Shown here in pieces: positions 26,140 to 38,860 of a DNA stretch of 64,000 bases. The notes beneath the pieces are model-generated. The model had not been told where the DNA came from and searched no databases. It saw nothing but the letters and a program-made list of their open reading frames with translations. Position 1 is the stretch's first letter. The number at the start of each line of letters is the position of its first letter. Location: positions 62,436,001 to 62,500,000 of the forward strand of contig NC_045697.1 in assembly GCF_009834535.1 (NCBI RefSeq), in the 5' to 3' direction. The translations under genes were made by a program, and so were the position numbers. Source of the DNA: Camelus ferus. Lineage: Eukaryota.

Positions 26140-26650
26140 TGAACAAAAAGGGATATAATATACAGAAGCAGGTGCTTACAAAATTGTGGAAGGGACTAGA
26201 GGAGTGGGTTCTAGACTCATCAGAATAACTTCCTCAGTACCATGAACTTGACTGATAGAGGAGCCTTGCCAGCATCTGATGGTAGGAAGTTAGGAGTCTG
26301 CCTCCAGGATTACTGAGTTGAAGAACATACCACTGTGGTCTCTAGAAAATCAGGAAGTTGCTGCCTCCACCCCAGCTGCTTTCAAAACTCAGGAGTTTGG
26401 TGACTGAAAAGCAGATGCTGTGGAAAAACCTGTGCCTTCAGGACTCCACCTCCTAGCAGAAAATAGTCCCCAAACAATAGGAAGATAAATTCTATTTTTT
26501 TTTCTACCTTCAAATTCTGGAGAAACTGAATTCACCTTGGGAATGCTGGGCATAAAAGAGTCTATGAAATATGATCTTTCGCTTCCCAGCCTCTGTAGTT
26601 CCAAAAAGCCCACTAAGAGAAGATGGGAATGGATGCTGAGTACAAAAAAT
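26140..26650 (-). mobile_element. Probable old ERVL-type LTR (LTR67B/78-like)
   Basis: ggtgcttacaaaattgtggaagggactag...gggaatgctgg...gagtctatgaaatatgatctttcgcttcccagcctctgtag. Termini unclear. Confidence 0.45.
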
Positions 26651-26807
26651 TACATTTTATTTACTGTGGTCATCACATTTAGGAATTAACAAAAGCTGGC
26701 CCTGAAATGAGCATCTCCTTATTCTTTCTACAAAGGTAGAACCTGTGTAACCAAGAATTATAGTGATATTCTCAAAGCTAGTTAGCAATATTGCCTGTCG
26801 AATGAAC

Positions 26808-27410
26808 TGTCTCAGCCTGGCTTCTCCCCCAAAGTAGAACCTGAGATAAAAGTTGCATACAGATGGTTTATTTGGGAACTGATCACATGAATAAAAATTA
26901 AGAATTGGAGAGTGTAACAGAGGAAGTGAGAGTAAGTGCAAATATCATGACTGCAAGTGAGTGGAGTTGATCTTGCCCTGTGGCCTCTGAGAAGCCATGG
27001 AAAATACGATTTAGAATTGGCTCCTTGGTGGTCAACCTGCCAGCTTCCTCAGGCTGTGTGAGTGCCAAGGAACTTGGTGCAAGAGTCCCTCAAGGTTGTG
27101 TTAGAGAGAATCTGAGTAAGAAATCAAGAGGTAGGCAGTGTAGCTGGGGCAGGAGCTGTCTGGTTGTATCTACTTGGTGCTGGTTGTCTCAGAAAGATGG
27201 GTGGCCAGGAAGAGGTGAGGGAGGGTATAGAAGGTGTTCAGCTCTATTCATAGCTTGTACCACAGTTTCCTTTAATCAAGTTCAATCCATCACGAAGTCT
27301 TTAAGGTGGTATCTGACAATGGTTTCTGGGAACGACATAATAGCAGAGGGTTAGTGAAACATATTAGCACATCCTATGGCTCTCATCCTATATTTGATGA
27401 GTGATCTACT
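26808..27410 (-). mobile_element. ERVL LTR (LTR40/41-like) plus short adjoining internal sequence
   Basis: Begins tgtctcagcctggcttctcccccaaagtagaacctgagataaa...tttatttggga, the typical antisense 3' end of this group. Confidence 0.65.
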
Positions 27411-27414
27411 TCAG

Positions 27415-27945
27415 TGTCCCGTTGTGAAGATTTGCTTTCTAATTGCATACTGATGATTTATTTGGGACATGATTCCAGGGAGAAAGACTGAGGGACTGGA
27501 GAAAAGTACAACAGAGAAGGAAGGAAAGCCATTGTCAAAGTATATTATAAACTGATTACTAAAATGTGTTCCTAGAGTTTGATCCTGCCTTGAACTTCTG
27601 AGGAACTATTAGAAAGAGCCTCAAAATTGCCCACTCGAGGGATGGAAGGAGGGAATATTCACCGATTAGCTCTCATGCTCCTTTGCTTTTGGGTTGACTT
27701 GAGGCATGTTAGCTCCATCACACATTGAGCCATTCACACCAGTCCCATGTGGGGTGTGAGTTCCTACAGGTGTCCCACACCAAGGCCTTGGGGAAGCCCC
27801 AGGGCAGTACAGTGGGGCAAGCGAGGTGAGGTGCTGGCAGCTGTCAGGTCACAGCGCACAAAGCTTTGTGGAAGCAAAGTCTGGAGTAAAATTTGGACCA
27901 AGAAGAGATAAGGTGCAAAAAGAACCTGGTTCAGTAACAGCACCA
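27415..27945 (-). mobile_element. Second ERVL LTR (LTR40/41-like)
   Basis: gatttatttggga..tgattccaggg...ggaaggaaagcc...tttgatcctgc...ctgaggaac...cctcaaaattgccc. Confidence 0.6.
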
Positions 27946-27949
27946 TCTC

Positions 27950-28690
27950 TCATGCGGACCATCCCAAGGCCTCCTGACTCCTTCCCACTCTTGCTGTTGG
28001 CAGTCTGTTCTCTGCACAGCAGCCACAGTGGCTATATTTAACAATGGTTAGCTGCATAGTTTCTCTGGTCTCAACTCTTCTGTTGTTCCCACTGGGTTTC
28101 AGATAAAATCCAAAATCCTAGTTATGGCCGTGTTCCTACACGATCTGGCCTCTGTTCAAGTGTGTGGCCTCACTTCCTACTACACTAGCCCTTGCCCTCT
28201 GGTCTCTACTCTTCCCTCCTTGAGATGCCTCAAAGGTATCAAGCAAATTTCTGTTCAGACTTTTGCATTTGCAGTTGCTTCTGTTTGGAGTGGTTCATCC
28301 TCTCACTTCATTCATACTTCAGTTCACCCCACAATGAGACGTCTCAGAGCCACCCCTGCTTTAATGCAGTCTCCTGTTGCACCATATGCTCTTCATAGGT
28401 AGATTTTTATTCATAGAACTTATTTCCTGTGTGTATATATATATATTTGTGTGTAATATGTATACATCCATAGCATATATTATGTATATATGACAGGTAA
28501 CATACATAATATATGAACTATATAAAACGTGTGTGCCTGCTGTATGTGTGTATATGTAAATTTGTTTACTTATTGTCCTTTCACTCACAAGAATAATTGC
28601 TACATAAGGACATTAACTATGTTGAATTTCTCTATTTTCAGTGTCTAGACACTTCCTTGGCACATGGGGTTAAATAAGTTAATTAAATCA
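27950..28690 (+). mobile_element. L2 3' region with internal TA-rich simple repeat
   Basis: tctctgcacagcagccacagtg...gataaaatccaaaatccta...cgatctggcc...tttgcatttgcagttgcttctg...gtgtctagacac..ttggcacat. Confidence 0.75.
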
Positions 28691-28949
28691 GATCAGTGAC
28701 ACTTGGGTTGTCAGACAGTAGATTTCCTTTTACTTTTATGTGCAACTCAGAAGCTACGAGTTAATAATGGAAAAAGAAAAGAACAGCATTTCTGTAGTAT
28801 TTGACAGTGTCAGCTAACTTTTGTGCAAGCACGGCCATAGTCAAATTTGCTTTATGTTCACCTCATAGTCTAATGAGGGCCTTCTGGAACTACAGTAGTT
28901 TAGCAGCCAGGTTTGATGGTGAATATTCTGTGCTCTTTAAAGTCCTGAA

Positions 28950-29135
28950 GTCATCTAGCCAGCACTTGGGAGACAGAGTTTGGAGGATTGTGGAGGACAT
29001 TGTAGGAGCCTATACTGGAAATGGCTTATGTGGTTTCCACTAACATCCCACTGTCCAGAATTAAACCCCATGGCTATACCTAACTCTAGGCAAAGTTGGA
29101 AAATAGAATTTAGCTGTGTTCCCAAGAAGAAATGT
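28950..29135 (-). mobile_element. MaLR LTR fragment (MLT1J/K/L-like)
   Basis: ttccactaacatcccactgtccagaatt...catggctatacctaactctagg...ggaaaatag...tagctgtgttcccaagaagaaa. Confidence 0.65.
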
Positions 29136-29169
29136 AACTGTATTATCTCTGTAGCAATAGACATACGGA

Positions 29170-29330
29170 TCATCTTCTGTAATCCTTAAAAATCTGAGAG
29201 ATAAGTACTCTGTCTTCATTTAGAGATTAAAAAAATCTGACCCTCAGAGAGGTTAAGGTACACAACCATAAGATCATAAGGCTAATAATTATATGGCAAA
29301 GCCAGAGCTTCACTCCAGGTGCTCTGTGCT
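29170..29330 (-). mobile_element. MIR fragment
   Basis: tctgagagataagtact...cattttagag...ctcagagaggttaag...tggcaaagccagag. Confidence 0.65.
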
Positions 29331-30513
29331 TTTCCCTGTCATTTTAGGTACTGGAAATTCCAGACAGATCACCAATCGTTCTGATGAGACCTGACTTCGC
29401 TCATGATTTTATCTCTGTTTACACATCAATTAAAAGTGCATAGAGAACTTGGAATTGAATATTTTAAAATAGGATTTGTTAACATAGTGTGATTTTTCTT
29501 TATAGTTCAGTCTCATTCACTCCAAGCATCTTCTTTTATATTACCAATATAGTATTTCGGTACTTTTCAGTAATAAAAATAACACAGCAAAACTCTTCTG
29601 CTTTTCCATCAACTTGAAAATCATAGTTAAAATCTTAGTTGATTATCTGAAGCACATAGACTTATTGATTAATGTTTCTGATTTGTTTCATTTGAATCAC
29701 TCCCACTTGAATAGAAACATGAATTGTACTTGATTGCTTTCAGTTGCCAAACACTAATTCTTTGGGAAGAATTATATCCCTGTCAATTAAAGATAATTAA
29801 GCAGAGCATCAATAAAATAATAGATTGAATTTGAATTAGTGAAAGTGTCAGATGTAGTTCAAAGTCAAGATAGATAATTCTTAGAAAATATCAGCTGGGA
29901 GATATTATTTACATGGAATTTCTGTTACCTAGGTGCTGGTCCTCAGCTTTGTAAGTCCAGAAACTCTGTGAATAGGCCCCTTAAAATCTCACTCATCAAA
30001 TAGACTCATGAAACACTGATGAGTAAAATAATCCTAATTCTTTATAATAAAGCAATGTACCTGCAGTGCTTAGAGCACTTACTTCCTTTACCCAGGGCAC
30101 ATCTTCTTGTTTTAAAGATACTGAGGAAACACAATTATAAACCTAATAATTTTATGGAAAATAAAACACTAGGAAATGTTATTAGATAATTTCAAAGGGA
30201 CATTTTGTCCAGAAATTGTTAAGAGCTAATAAAATACTTGTGTATCACAAAACTAAAACACAAAACAAAACAATAATAATAAATTTTCCCAAGGGAATGG
30301 AAGGCGTTTGAAGACTAGATATATTTCTATACCTTGAAGAGAGTTGGATAAATACATGACCAAATTCATGTTATCTCTTTCAACATTTTCTGGTAATTCA
30401 TATATCCCATCCAGGCCACTCTATTAATTTAATCTTTCTTCACAGAGATCACAAACATTGGTAAGATTAGAGTTTTCTGTAATCAAAATTGTTTTTAGGG
30501 TAGCAGTATTTTT

Positions 30514-31208
30514 TTTTTTTTATTGAGTTAGTCAGTTTACAATATTGTGTCAATTTCTGGTGTACAGCAGTTTTTCAATCATACATGAACATACATACAT
30601 TCATTTTCAAATTCTTTTTCAACGTGAGCTACTACAAGATCTTGTATATATTTCCGTGTTCTATACAGTATAAACGTGCTTATCTATTCTATATATACCT
30701 GTCAGTATCTACAAATCTCAAACTCCCAGTCTGTCCCCTCCCACCCCCACCCCCGGCAACCACAAGTTTGTATTCTATGTCTGTGAGTCTGTTTCTGTTT
30801 TGTATTTATGCTTTGTTTGTTTGTTTGTTTTGAGATTCCACATATGAGTGATATCATATGGTATTTTTCTTTCTCTTTCTGGCTTACTTCACTTAGAATG
30901 ACATTCTCCAGGGACATCCATGTTGTTGCAAATGGCATTATGTTGTCATTTTTTATAGCTGAATAGTATTCCATTGTATAAATATACCACCTCTTCTTTA
31001 TCCAGTTGTCTGTCAGTGGACATTTGCGTTGTTTCCATGTCTTGGCTATTGAAAATAGTGCTGCTATGACCTTGGGGGTGCAGGTGTCTTTTTGAATTAG
31101 GGTTCCTTCTGGATATATGCCCAGGAATGGGATTGCTGAGTCATAGGGTAAGTCTATTTTTAATCTTTTGAGGAATCTCCATACTGTTTTCCACAATGGC
31201 TGCACCAA
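30514..31208 (-). mobile_element. Young lineage-specific L1, 5'-truncated (~0.7 kb), ORF2 C-terminus still open
   Basis: ORF 30702-31208 is the L1 ORF2 C-terminus (QPLWKTVWRFLK...WYIYTMEYYSAIK...YHMISLICGI). Perfect TSD TTAGGGTAGCAGTATTTTT at 30495-30513 and 31209-31227, followed by AA. Confidence 0.95.
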
Positions 31209-31304
31209 TTAGGGTAGCAGTATTTTTAATGGAAAGAACACAGAATTTGAAGTTAGGCAAATCTAAGATTAAATCCATTTAACAGCCATTTACCTGATGA
31301 AATT

Positions 31305-32570
31305 TTTTTTTCATTTTACTTCACTGTGGTAAGAATATAATATGAAATCCAATCTCAACAAATTGTTAAGTGTATAAAACATTTTTGTAGGCTATAGACA
31401 CAAAGGTGTAAAGCAGATCTCTAGAGCTTATTCATCTTGCTTAACTGAAACTTTATGCCCCTTGATTAGTAATTGCTCGTTCCCTTCAGCCTTTGGCAAC
31501 CACCATTCCACTCTTTGGTTCCATGAATTTGACTATTTTTGATATTTTATATAAGTGGAATTATGCAGTCTTGTCTTTTCATGACTGACATTTCAGTTAG
31601 CATAATGTCCTCAAGGTTCATCCATGTTGTTGCATATTGCAGAATTTTCCTTCTTTTTAGAAGGCTGAATAGTATTCCATTGTATGTATATACCACATTT
31701 TCTTTACTTTTCATCTGTTGAAGGACATTTAGATTGTTTCCACATCTTGGCTACTACGATGTAGCAATGAACATAGGAGTGCTAATATCTTTTTGGGATC
31801 CTAATTTCAGTTCTTCTGGATAAATACCTAGAAGTGGGATTGCTAGATCATGTGATAGTTTAATTTTTAATTTTTTGAGGAACATTTCTATTGTTTTTCA
31901 CAGTGGCTACACCAATATTCATTCCTATCAGCAGTGTGCAAGTGTTCTCATTTCTCCACATCTTCACCAATATTTAATGTCTTATTATTATTATTTTTTT
32001 GATTAGTCATCCTGACAGGTGTGTGCTCATTGTGGTTTTGATTCATATTTCACTGATGATTAGTGGTGTTGAGGATCCTTTCATATACCTATTGGCCATT
32101 TGTATGTCCTTGTTGAACAAATGTCTATTCAAATCCTTTGCCCATTTAAAAATTGAATTATCTGTTTTTTGAAATTGAGTTGTAGGAGTTACTTACATAT
32201 AGTAGATATTAACCTCTTATCAGATGGGTGGTTTGCAGATCTCTTCTCCCATTCTGTAAGTTGCCTTTTAATGTTGTTGATTGTTTCCTTTGCTGTGTAG
32301 AAGCATTTTAATTTGAGGTTGTCTAACTTACCTATTTTTGCTTTTTGTTGCCGTTACTTTTGGTGTTGTCCCCATGAAACCGTTGCTGAGACCAATGTCA
32401 TGAAGATTTTTCACCTATGTGTCTTCTAGTAGTTTCATGGTTTCATCTTAAAGTCCTTAATCCATTTGAGTTTATTTTTGTGTATGGCATGAAGTAGGGG
32501 TTCAATTTCATTCCTTTACATGTGGATATCCAGTTTTCCCAGCACTATCTGTTGAAGAGACTATCCTTTC
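31305..32570 (-). mobile_element. L1MB-like 3'UTR plus ORF2 3' part
   Basis: agcagatctctagagcttattcatcttgc; ctcattgtggttttgatt; tgtggatatccagttttcccagcac. Confidence 0.9.
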
Positions 32571-32749
32571 TATAGTATAGATAACATAGCACTTCTCTAG
32601 AACCCTCAGAATCTTCTGTTATTGGAGCCTACTATAAACTCCTTATATATTCTTTTCCTGTCTTAGTTACGCTGGAATTTTTCTTCAGTCAATGAATTCT
32701 GAATCTGAGAACTGGCTTATGTCTGGAAATTATGCATGAGATCAATTAT

Positions 32750-33030
32750 ATTTTTTCATATCTTATTATGAATATTATCCAAAATACATAAAAGTTGAAA
32801 GAATTATGCAATGGATACTCTTAAGCTCATCACCAAGATTCTACAATTGATATTTTTCTATAATTATTTATCAACTATGTAACCATCTTATATTCATTCC
32901 TCTATTAATATATCAAATAATTGTTGGTGCTTTCAAAGTAATTTGCTTTATCAGTACCCTTAACATTTCAGAATGTATATCCTCATCTAGAATTTAATAT
33001 CTTTAAGAATGTTTTCCAAGGTACAGTTCC
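32750..33030 (-). mobile_element. Old L1MC/ME 3' fragment
   Basis: aaaagttgaaagaattatgcaatg...caccaagattctacaatt...tttcaaagtaatttgc...cagtaccct. Confidence 0.55.
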
Positions 33031-33724
33031 ACACAAATCCATACAGTAGAAAAATGACTGTCATATTATTTCTTTTCATTTTTTTATGAATGTCTGCACT
33101 ATTTGCATTGCCTGACAAAGGGTTTTTAAATCTATACACCTAGAAAAGAAGAGGGAATAACAGAGTGTTGAAAACAAATGCAACTTTTAGCTCAGAACAA
33201 AACTCCTGCTCTAAGGGAAAATAACAGAAAAAAATTAGCTATTATTTTTACTTATATTGACCAGCTTGACAAGCAAAGACAATCTTTTCTAAGATTAAAA
33301 ATGTGTTCTTGTCTTTATTTGTGTTAGATCCTATTTTCTTCTATGCTTAACAAAATTATTTGGTCTATTTTATTTTCTATTTGTCAAATTATAAAGAGTA
33401 GTGAGTATTAAAAGGAACAGTTCCATTTCAGGTCAAGACATTTACTGATCATACAAAATTCGGAAAAGATAAGTAAGACAAAGTAGATCTTGATGATTTT
33501 GAGAGATTTGTCATTTGAAGATTTTGCTGTCAGTGTGGCTGGTTAAAAGATGCAGACAGCTCTTTTCTCCTCTAAATAATAACAACCAACAGGAAAATAA
33601 TAATAATAATATTAATAGAAAAAAAGATTTGTGGTGGCCTAAGAATTTATCTTTTTTTTTTTTTTTCATTACCTCTCATAATACTGACTCTTTTCTCTTC
33701 ATACAGAATTTATTTGGCCCTTGA

Positions 33725-33940
33725 GGGATGATGTAGCATATAGTAAGGGTATGGGCTTTGTATTCGTGGAGACAAAGATTTACAAAGTGACTTTGCTATT
33801 TCTCAGCTGTGTACTTGAGGGAGTCTCTCACTTTCTCTAAAATTATTTTCTTCCCAGAAAATGGTGGGAAATAATGCCTACTTTAGAGTCTACTTTTGAA
33901 AGTGTTATACAATCAATAGCCCCTTTTATCACTGATTATG
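33725..33940 (+). mobile_element. MIR SINE
   Basis: tgtagcatatagtaagggtatgggctttg...ctcagctgtgtacttgagg...aaaatggtgggaaataatgcctact. Confidence 0.6.
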
Positions 33941-35130
33941 TTATTCAACAGCTATTAATTGAGGAGTTGTTATATTCAGATACTCTGATGTATCTCAAAA
34001 ATACAGAGTTGATAAATCCCTAACCTAAAGTCACATTTTGTCTAAAAAAATTAAGAACATAAATAGTTAAGATACTTTGTGATAATACTATCACAGGAGA
34101 CACATTCATGATAAAGAAGATAGAGTGTGATAAGGAGTAACAGCCAATCTAGCCTTGGGGTGGGGAAGATGGGAGGGAAGTTGGTAAAATCTTTTGGTGG
34201 AAGTAAAATTTGATTTACTTCTTGAAGAACGACAGATAGTGGGAGTGGACAAGAGAGAAGGTTGTTACAGAAAACAAAAATGACACAAAAGTAGAAAAGA
34301 GCATGGCTTATTTGGGAGTTTTCTATGATTGATAAAAAAAGTATATGTAGAAACAGTAAGATAAAGAATGAGAGGAGTAGACAAGGTCCATATGATGAAG
34401 GACCTTGAAATTTTGGTTAAGAAATCTCATCTTTGAACTAGGGGCCATAAGATACCATTCAGGAATTAAAAGAAGAAAGAGACAAGAATTTTAGGAAATT
34501 CAGTGTATCAGGATACAGGCATGAGAATAAAATTGGAGAAACTAGTTATGATGTTATCACAGCAGTAGAAACATTCTAATTTAACTAAGTGGTAGTGGAA
34601 GTTTTAATTGGGGAGAAATTTACATTATGTTTAAGAGATATAACGGGTAAGACTTGGTAACTGATTGGATATGAATAATGATGGATTAGAATAAAGATTT
34701 GAATTTCTGACTTGGGGGTTTGAATGGATGGTGATACCATTCCTCAATATAGGGAACCTAGAAAGAGAGGTAGATTTCAGGAGGAAGATAATGATTTCTT
34801 CTTTAGATATACTGAGCTTGAAGTGTTTACAGAATATTCAAGTGGAAAAACTAGGATATTATATGTGGAAGTGTATTCACTCTATATTGATGTGCACATG
34901 CATACATGTATAGTTTGGAGTTTCTGAGAGGGTCCAGGGTAAGAGATAAAAGGCAGAATGGAGATTAGTTGCAGCCTTGCTGTGTATGGGAATGCTCAGG
35001 GTAATTTTATTTGCCTAGAAGGAAAGACAGTGTAAATTAGAAGTCTGGAGAATATCAACATTTTAAGGTTGGACAGAGAAAGAGTAATGAAAAAAGATGG
35101 ACTGTTCAGGGAATTTGGAGAATAATCAAT
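33940..35130 (-). mobile_element. L2 element, ~1.2 kb (a further L2-like piece at ~35920-36050)
   Basis: ttattcaacagctattaattgag tail; aagacttggtaactgattggatatg; tttctgacttgg...atggatggtgataccattc; gatatactgagcttgaagtg. Confidence 0.75.
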
Positions 35131-35164
35131 ATTCATTGTTTGTTGGTTTATTCAATGAATATTT

Positions 35165-35920
35165 CCTAGTCTGGATTGATCCCAGTTCAGAGTCTGAGAT
35201 GAAAATATGCCTTGAGTAATCTAATTAGACATGAGCCCAGAGAGCAGAAGTGAGGAATTAGTGGAGTAAAGTAAGAATGTGTTGTCGAGATGGCCATCAT
35301 TGTTCCTAACCCATGCTCAATCCTCTGGGACTGTTTGAGGAACTCTATGAATGTTTCTCAAGACTGTGTACGCCAGGGTTGAAAAAGAGAAACATTTATC
35401 TGTGAAATCCTGCCTTCCATTGACCAAGGGTAATCCTACAAATTTTCAGTAGCTCATACTCCTGGCTTGTACATGTTTGAGTGGGTTCACCTGGGAAACT
35501 CATACTGTAGCATTAGAAAGGCCGTAGGGCAGGAATTGAGAAATAGGTAGTCGTGGCCAAAGTGAGTTAATTAAGCCAGTGCAAATTTGGCTTCTTGAAA
35601 GGACCAGGGGCTGAAATAAGAGGCAGAACTGAGAGGAAAGGAAATGGTACAGCAAAGATTTCAGTATAGTCTGCTCCTTACAGCACTCAAGTCCTCCCTT
35701 TTGGGAGTGTTGATCCAATTCATCAAAGAATTCCCTTCAAGATGTGGGCCAGCTGCACCTTGGAGCACGGAAGTCCTGGGTCAGGAAGGTGTGTGGTACT
35801 GAGCAACATGGGATATCGACAGATACAGATGGGGGAAGCTGATCAAATCCTTGGCTGGAATGAAGGTGAGGCTGAAAGGACATGAGTTTTCTGATACAAG
35901 CACTCTGTACCATGTTCAGT
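35165..35920 (-). mobile_element. ERVL LTR (LTR40/41-like, ~35165-35675) plus probable internal remnant
   Basis: cctagtctggatt...cagagtctgagat...gctcaatcctctgggactgtttgaggaact...tccattgaccaaggg. Same group as the LTRs at 26808 and 27415. Confidence 0.6.
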
Positions 35921-36493
35921 TCCATGGTGAGCAAGATAAGATTGTCCATACCCTCATGAAATGTACGTTCGAGTGGGGAGAGAGACAAAAAATATAAAAC
36001 AATTGCAGTAAGTGCTGAGATAAGAGGAAGACAATATCTAAAATGCATTTAAGTGGGTTTGAGGAAAGGAGGAAGTGAGTCATATGATGAAAGGTGGAAA
36101 AGCATCCCACAATTCGTCTCTTCTATTGGGCTTAGAAAGGTGACAATTTAGTCTAGGAATAGAGAATTGTTTTCCTTACTCTCCATCTCCTTCACCTTCT
36201 TTGTGTTTTCCACACAAACACTTTTGGCGACTAGGCAAGCTTTTGTCACTTCCTGGGAATCACCATTTCTGAGTCCACAAGAGGGCTCTGGAGAAGATTT
36301 GCTTGAAATTTGAAACTGTAAAGCTATTAAATAGTGTGAATAGTTCTGAACATTTTGGCTTTCCTCCAGCGTACTCTCCTCTTATCAATAGGGAAGAAAG
36401 AAAAACAAAGCAAGTGAAGTAACAAAAGTGTTCATCTTCATGACCACTGACATTTTCCATTCATTCATATTCCCAAATGGGCAGTGGGTTATG

Positions 36494-36580
36494 GTATATA
36501 TATATATATATATACACACACACATATATACACATACACACATATCCTCATAGCACATATATATATAGATAGATATATTA
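36494..36580. repeat. (TA)n/(CA)n compound microsatellite
   Basis: Direct reading. Confidence 0.9.
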
Positions 36581-36599
36581 AAACACAAAATGTATATAT

Positions 36600-37215
36600 T
36601 TTTTCTTTCTTTGTTACTGTGGTAAAATACACATTGCATAAAATTTACTATCTTAGCCATCTTTAAGTGCATAGTTCAGGAGTATTAAATGCGTTCATAA
36701 TGTTGTTCAACCATCATCACCATTCATCCCTATAACCCTTTTCATCTTGCAAAACTTAAACTCTGTAACCATTAAACAATGACTCCCCATTCCCCTCTGC
36801 CTCTAGATGTTGGCAACCACCATTGTATTTTTCTGTCTTTATGATTTTGACTACTCTAAGTAACTCATATGAGTGGAATCATACAGTATTTGTCCTTTTG
36901 TGACTGGCTTATTTCACTCAGAGTAACGTCCTCAAGGCTAATCAATGTTGCAGCATGTATCAGAACTTCCTTCCTTTCTGAGACTGAAGAATATTCCATT
37001 GTATGTATAGACCACATTTTGCTTATCCATTCACCCATCAATAGGAACTTGCATTGCTTTATTTTAGCTGTTGTGAATAATGGTATGAGTATGAGTGTAC
37101 AAATGAGTCTTCCAGAGCCTGCTTTCAATCCTTTTGGATATAAACCTGGAAATGGATTTGCTGGGTCATGTGGCGATACCTGAAAAAATTAAAAATAGAG
37201 TTACCACATGACCCC
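36600..37215 (-). mobile_element. L1MB-like 3' end with short 5' inversion
   Basis: Antisense L1 tail at 36600-37175, then sense-strand L1 ctgaaaaaattaaaaatagagttaccacatgaccc at 37180-37214. Confidence 0.85.
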
Positions 37216-38594
37216 AAAAATATATTTAATATTACATAGTATATGTTTTTGTAAATGTATAGAATACATAAAAACATTGTATGTTTATATGTAATATACA
37301 TATACATAAATGATACAATATAACAAAATTCTCTTCTCCTTTTAAAGAGGTTTAAACTCAGCATGTTACACACTTAGCTATGTTCATCCCACCTTATGCC
37401 TTTAGAATTCTAATAAATCACTAAAGTCAATATTTTAGTTTAAATTATTACATCACAGTTTTATTTTTAACCATCTGAAGGACAAAAGCCACAGACAGAA
37501 TCTGGTTCTGTCTCACTTGGTGATCCCCCCTAGCAAACACATTTAATTATAACCCTCCTCATTTTGATTATAGTACTTTGCTAATTTGAAGTTCTACCTT
37601 GTCAATTAATGAAGCTTGTGGTATCTGTAGAAAATCATGAACCCATGGTTACAATTTTAATTATAGCATACATGTTACAATCTGAGCCATCCATCCCCAA
37701 GGACATTCTCCTTTGTGTAAGGTGTCAAGAAATTGGTCTCCTTCCTTTGACTTTGTGTCGCCTTCTTGAAATATAATGAATACCTGTTGGTGACAGCATC
37801 CCTTTCCCAGTCTGCACTGTTGAGAATCATGAGCTGTACTAAAAGGTATTTTGCTAAACTCAGGCACTGGTGCAAATGTGCCATTTACAAAATGTCGTCA
37901 TGACACGAGGCACTTTTGAAACACTGAACGACCTTGGTCTCTAACAAGCTAACATAAAGGCATAAAGGCTTTTTTGAAAAGAGAAAATACTGAGAAGAAA
38001 AGTGAAAAAAAAAATACCATTCATGAATGTATGCAGTTATTTCCAAGATTTTCACAAATTTAAAATCCTAAGGGATATTACCTCTGCCTTTTGGTCATTA
38101 ACCAAAAAATAATGGACAGTAAAGGCAGAAAGGATAAAGGTAAAGAAATCTAAGATTCTTCAAGTTTGAGTTTTTATAGTTTTATGGTATTATCATTTGC
38201 TAAGAAATAATATAATTTACAGTAGGTTTTATAAAAAAAGCATTTGAAATGTCTATTTCAAATTTCATTTCCTATTTCTTTCTAAAAGATACTTAATATA
38301 TTTCAGGTCTGACTAATCACAAAAATGTAACATATCTGAGATCCTCATAACGGAAAGTCTTGACTTCAGGGGTTACATATGTATAGGGCAATTGATTTAT
38401 AAATTTGTGAAAGAAAGTTAGTATCTCCATGGCCAAGTTGGGAGATACATATGTTGACCATTGTACTAGATCCTGTGTGATCCTATCGTTATAAATGTGT
38501 TTACCAATTAAAATGCTCTGTTATAATGTTCTTAAGGTCGTACCCATGTTTCCCTTGATGGCTCAGAATAACAGATGTTAGCCAAGAGTGTCAT

Positions 38595-38860
38595 AGTGTC
38601 AGTTTATTAACATTTTAGGCCCTGGAGCCAGACTGTCTTAGTCCACATTCTAGCTCTGCTCCTTATTAGCTGTGTAACCTTGGGCAATTTATCCAACCTC
38701 TTTGCGACTCAGTTTTCTCAACTCTAAAAATAGATATAATAATGATACCTACTTCAAAGGTTTGTAGTGAATATTAGACTAAACAAAACAAAACATAGTA
38801 AACACTTAGAACAATGTAAGTTCTCAAATATCATCTACTGTTAGTATGAATTTTATTATT
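38595..38860 (+). mobile_element. MIR SINE, near full length
   Basis: ggccctggagccagactg...tagctgtgtaaccttgggcaattt...ctcagttttctca...aatgatacctacttca. Confidence 0.88.

Noticed and set aside
30702..31208. 168-aa ORF as a host gene
   Set aside because: It is the L1 ORF2 C-terminus reading into the 3'UTR of a truncated element.
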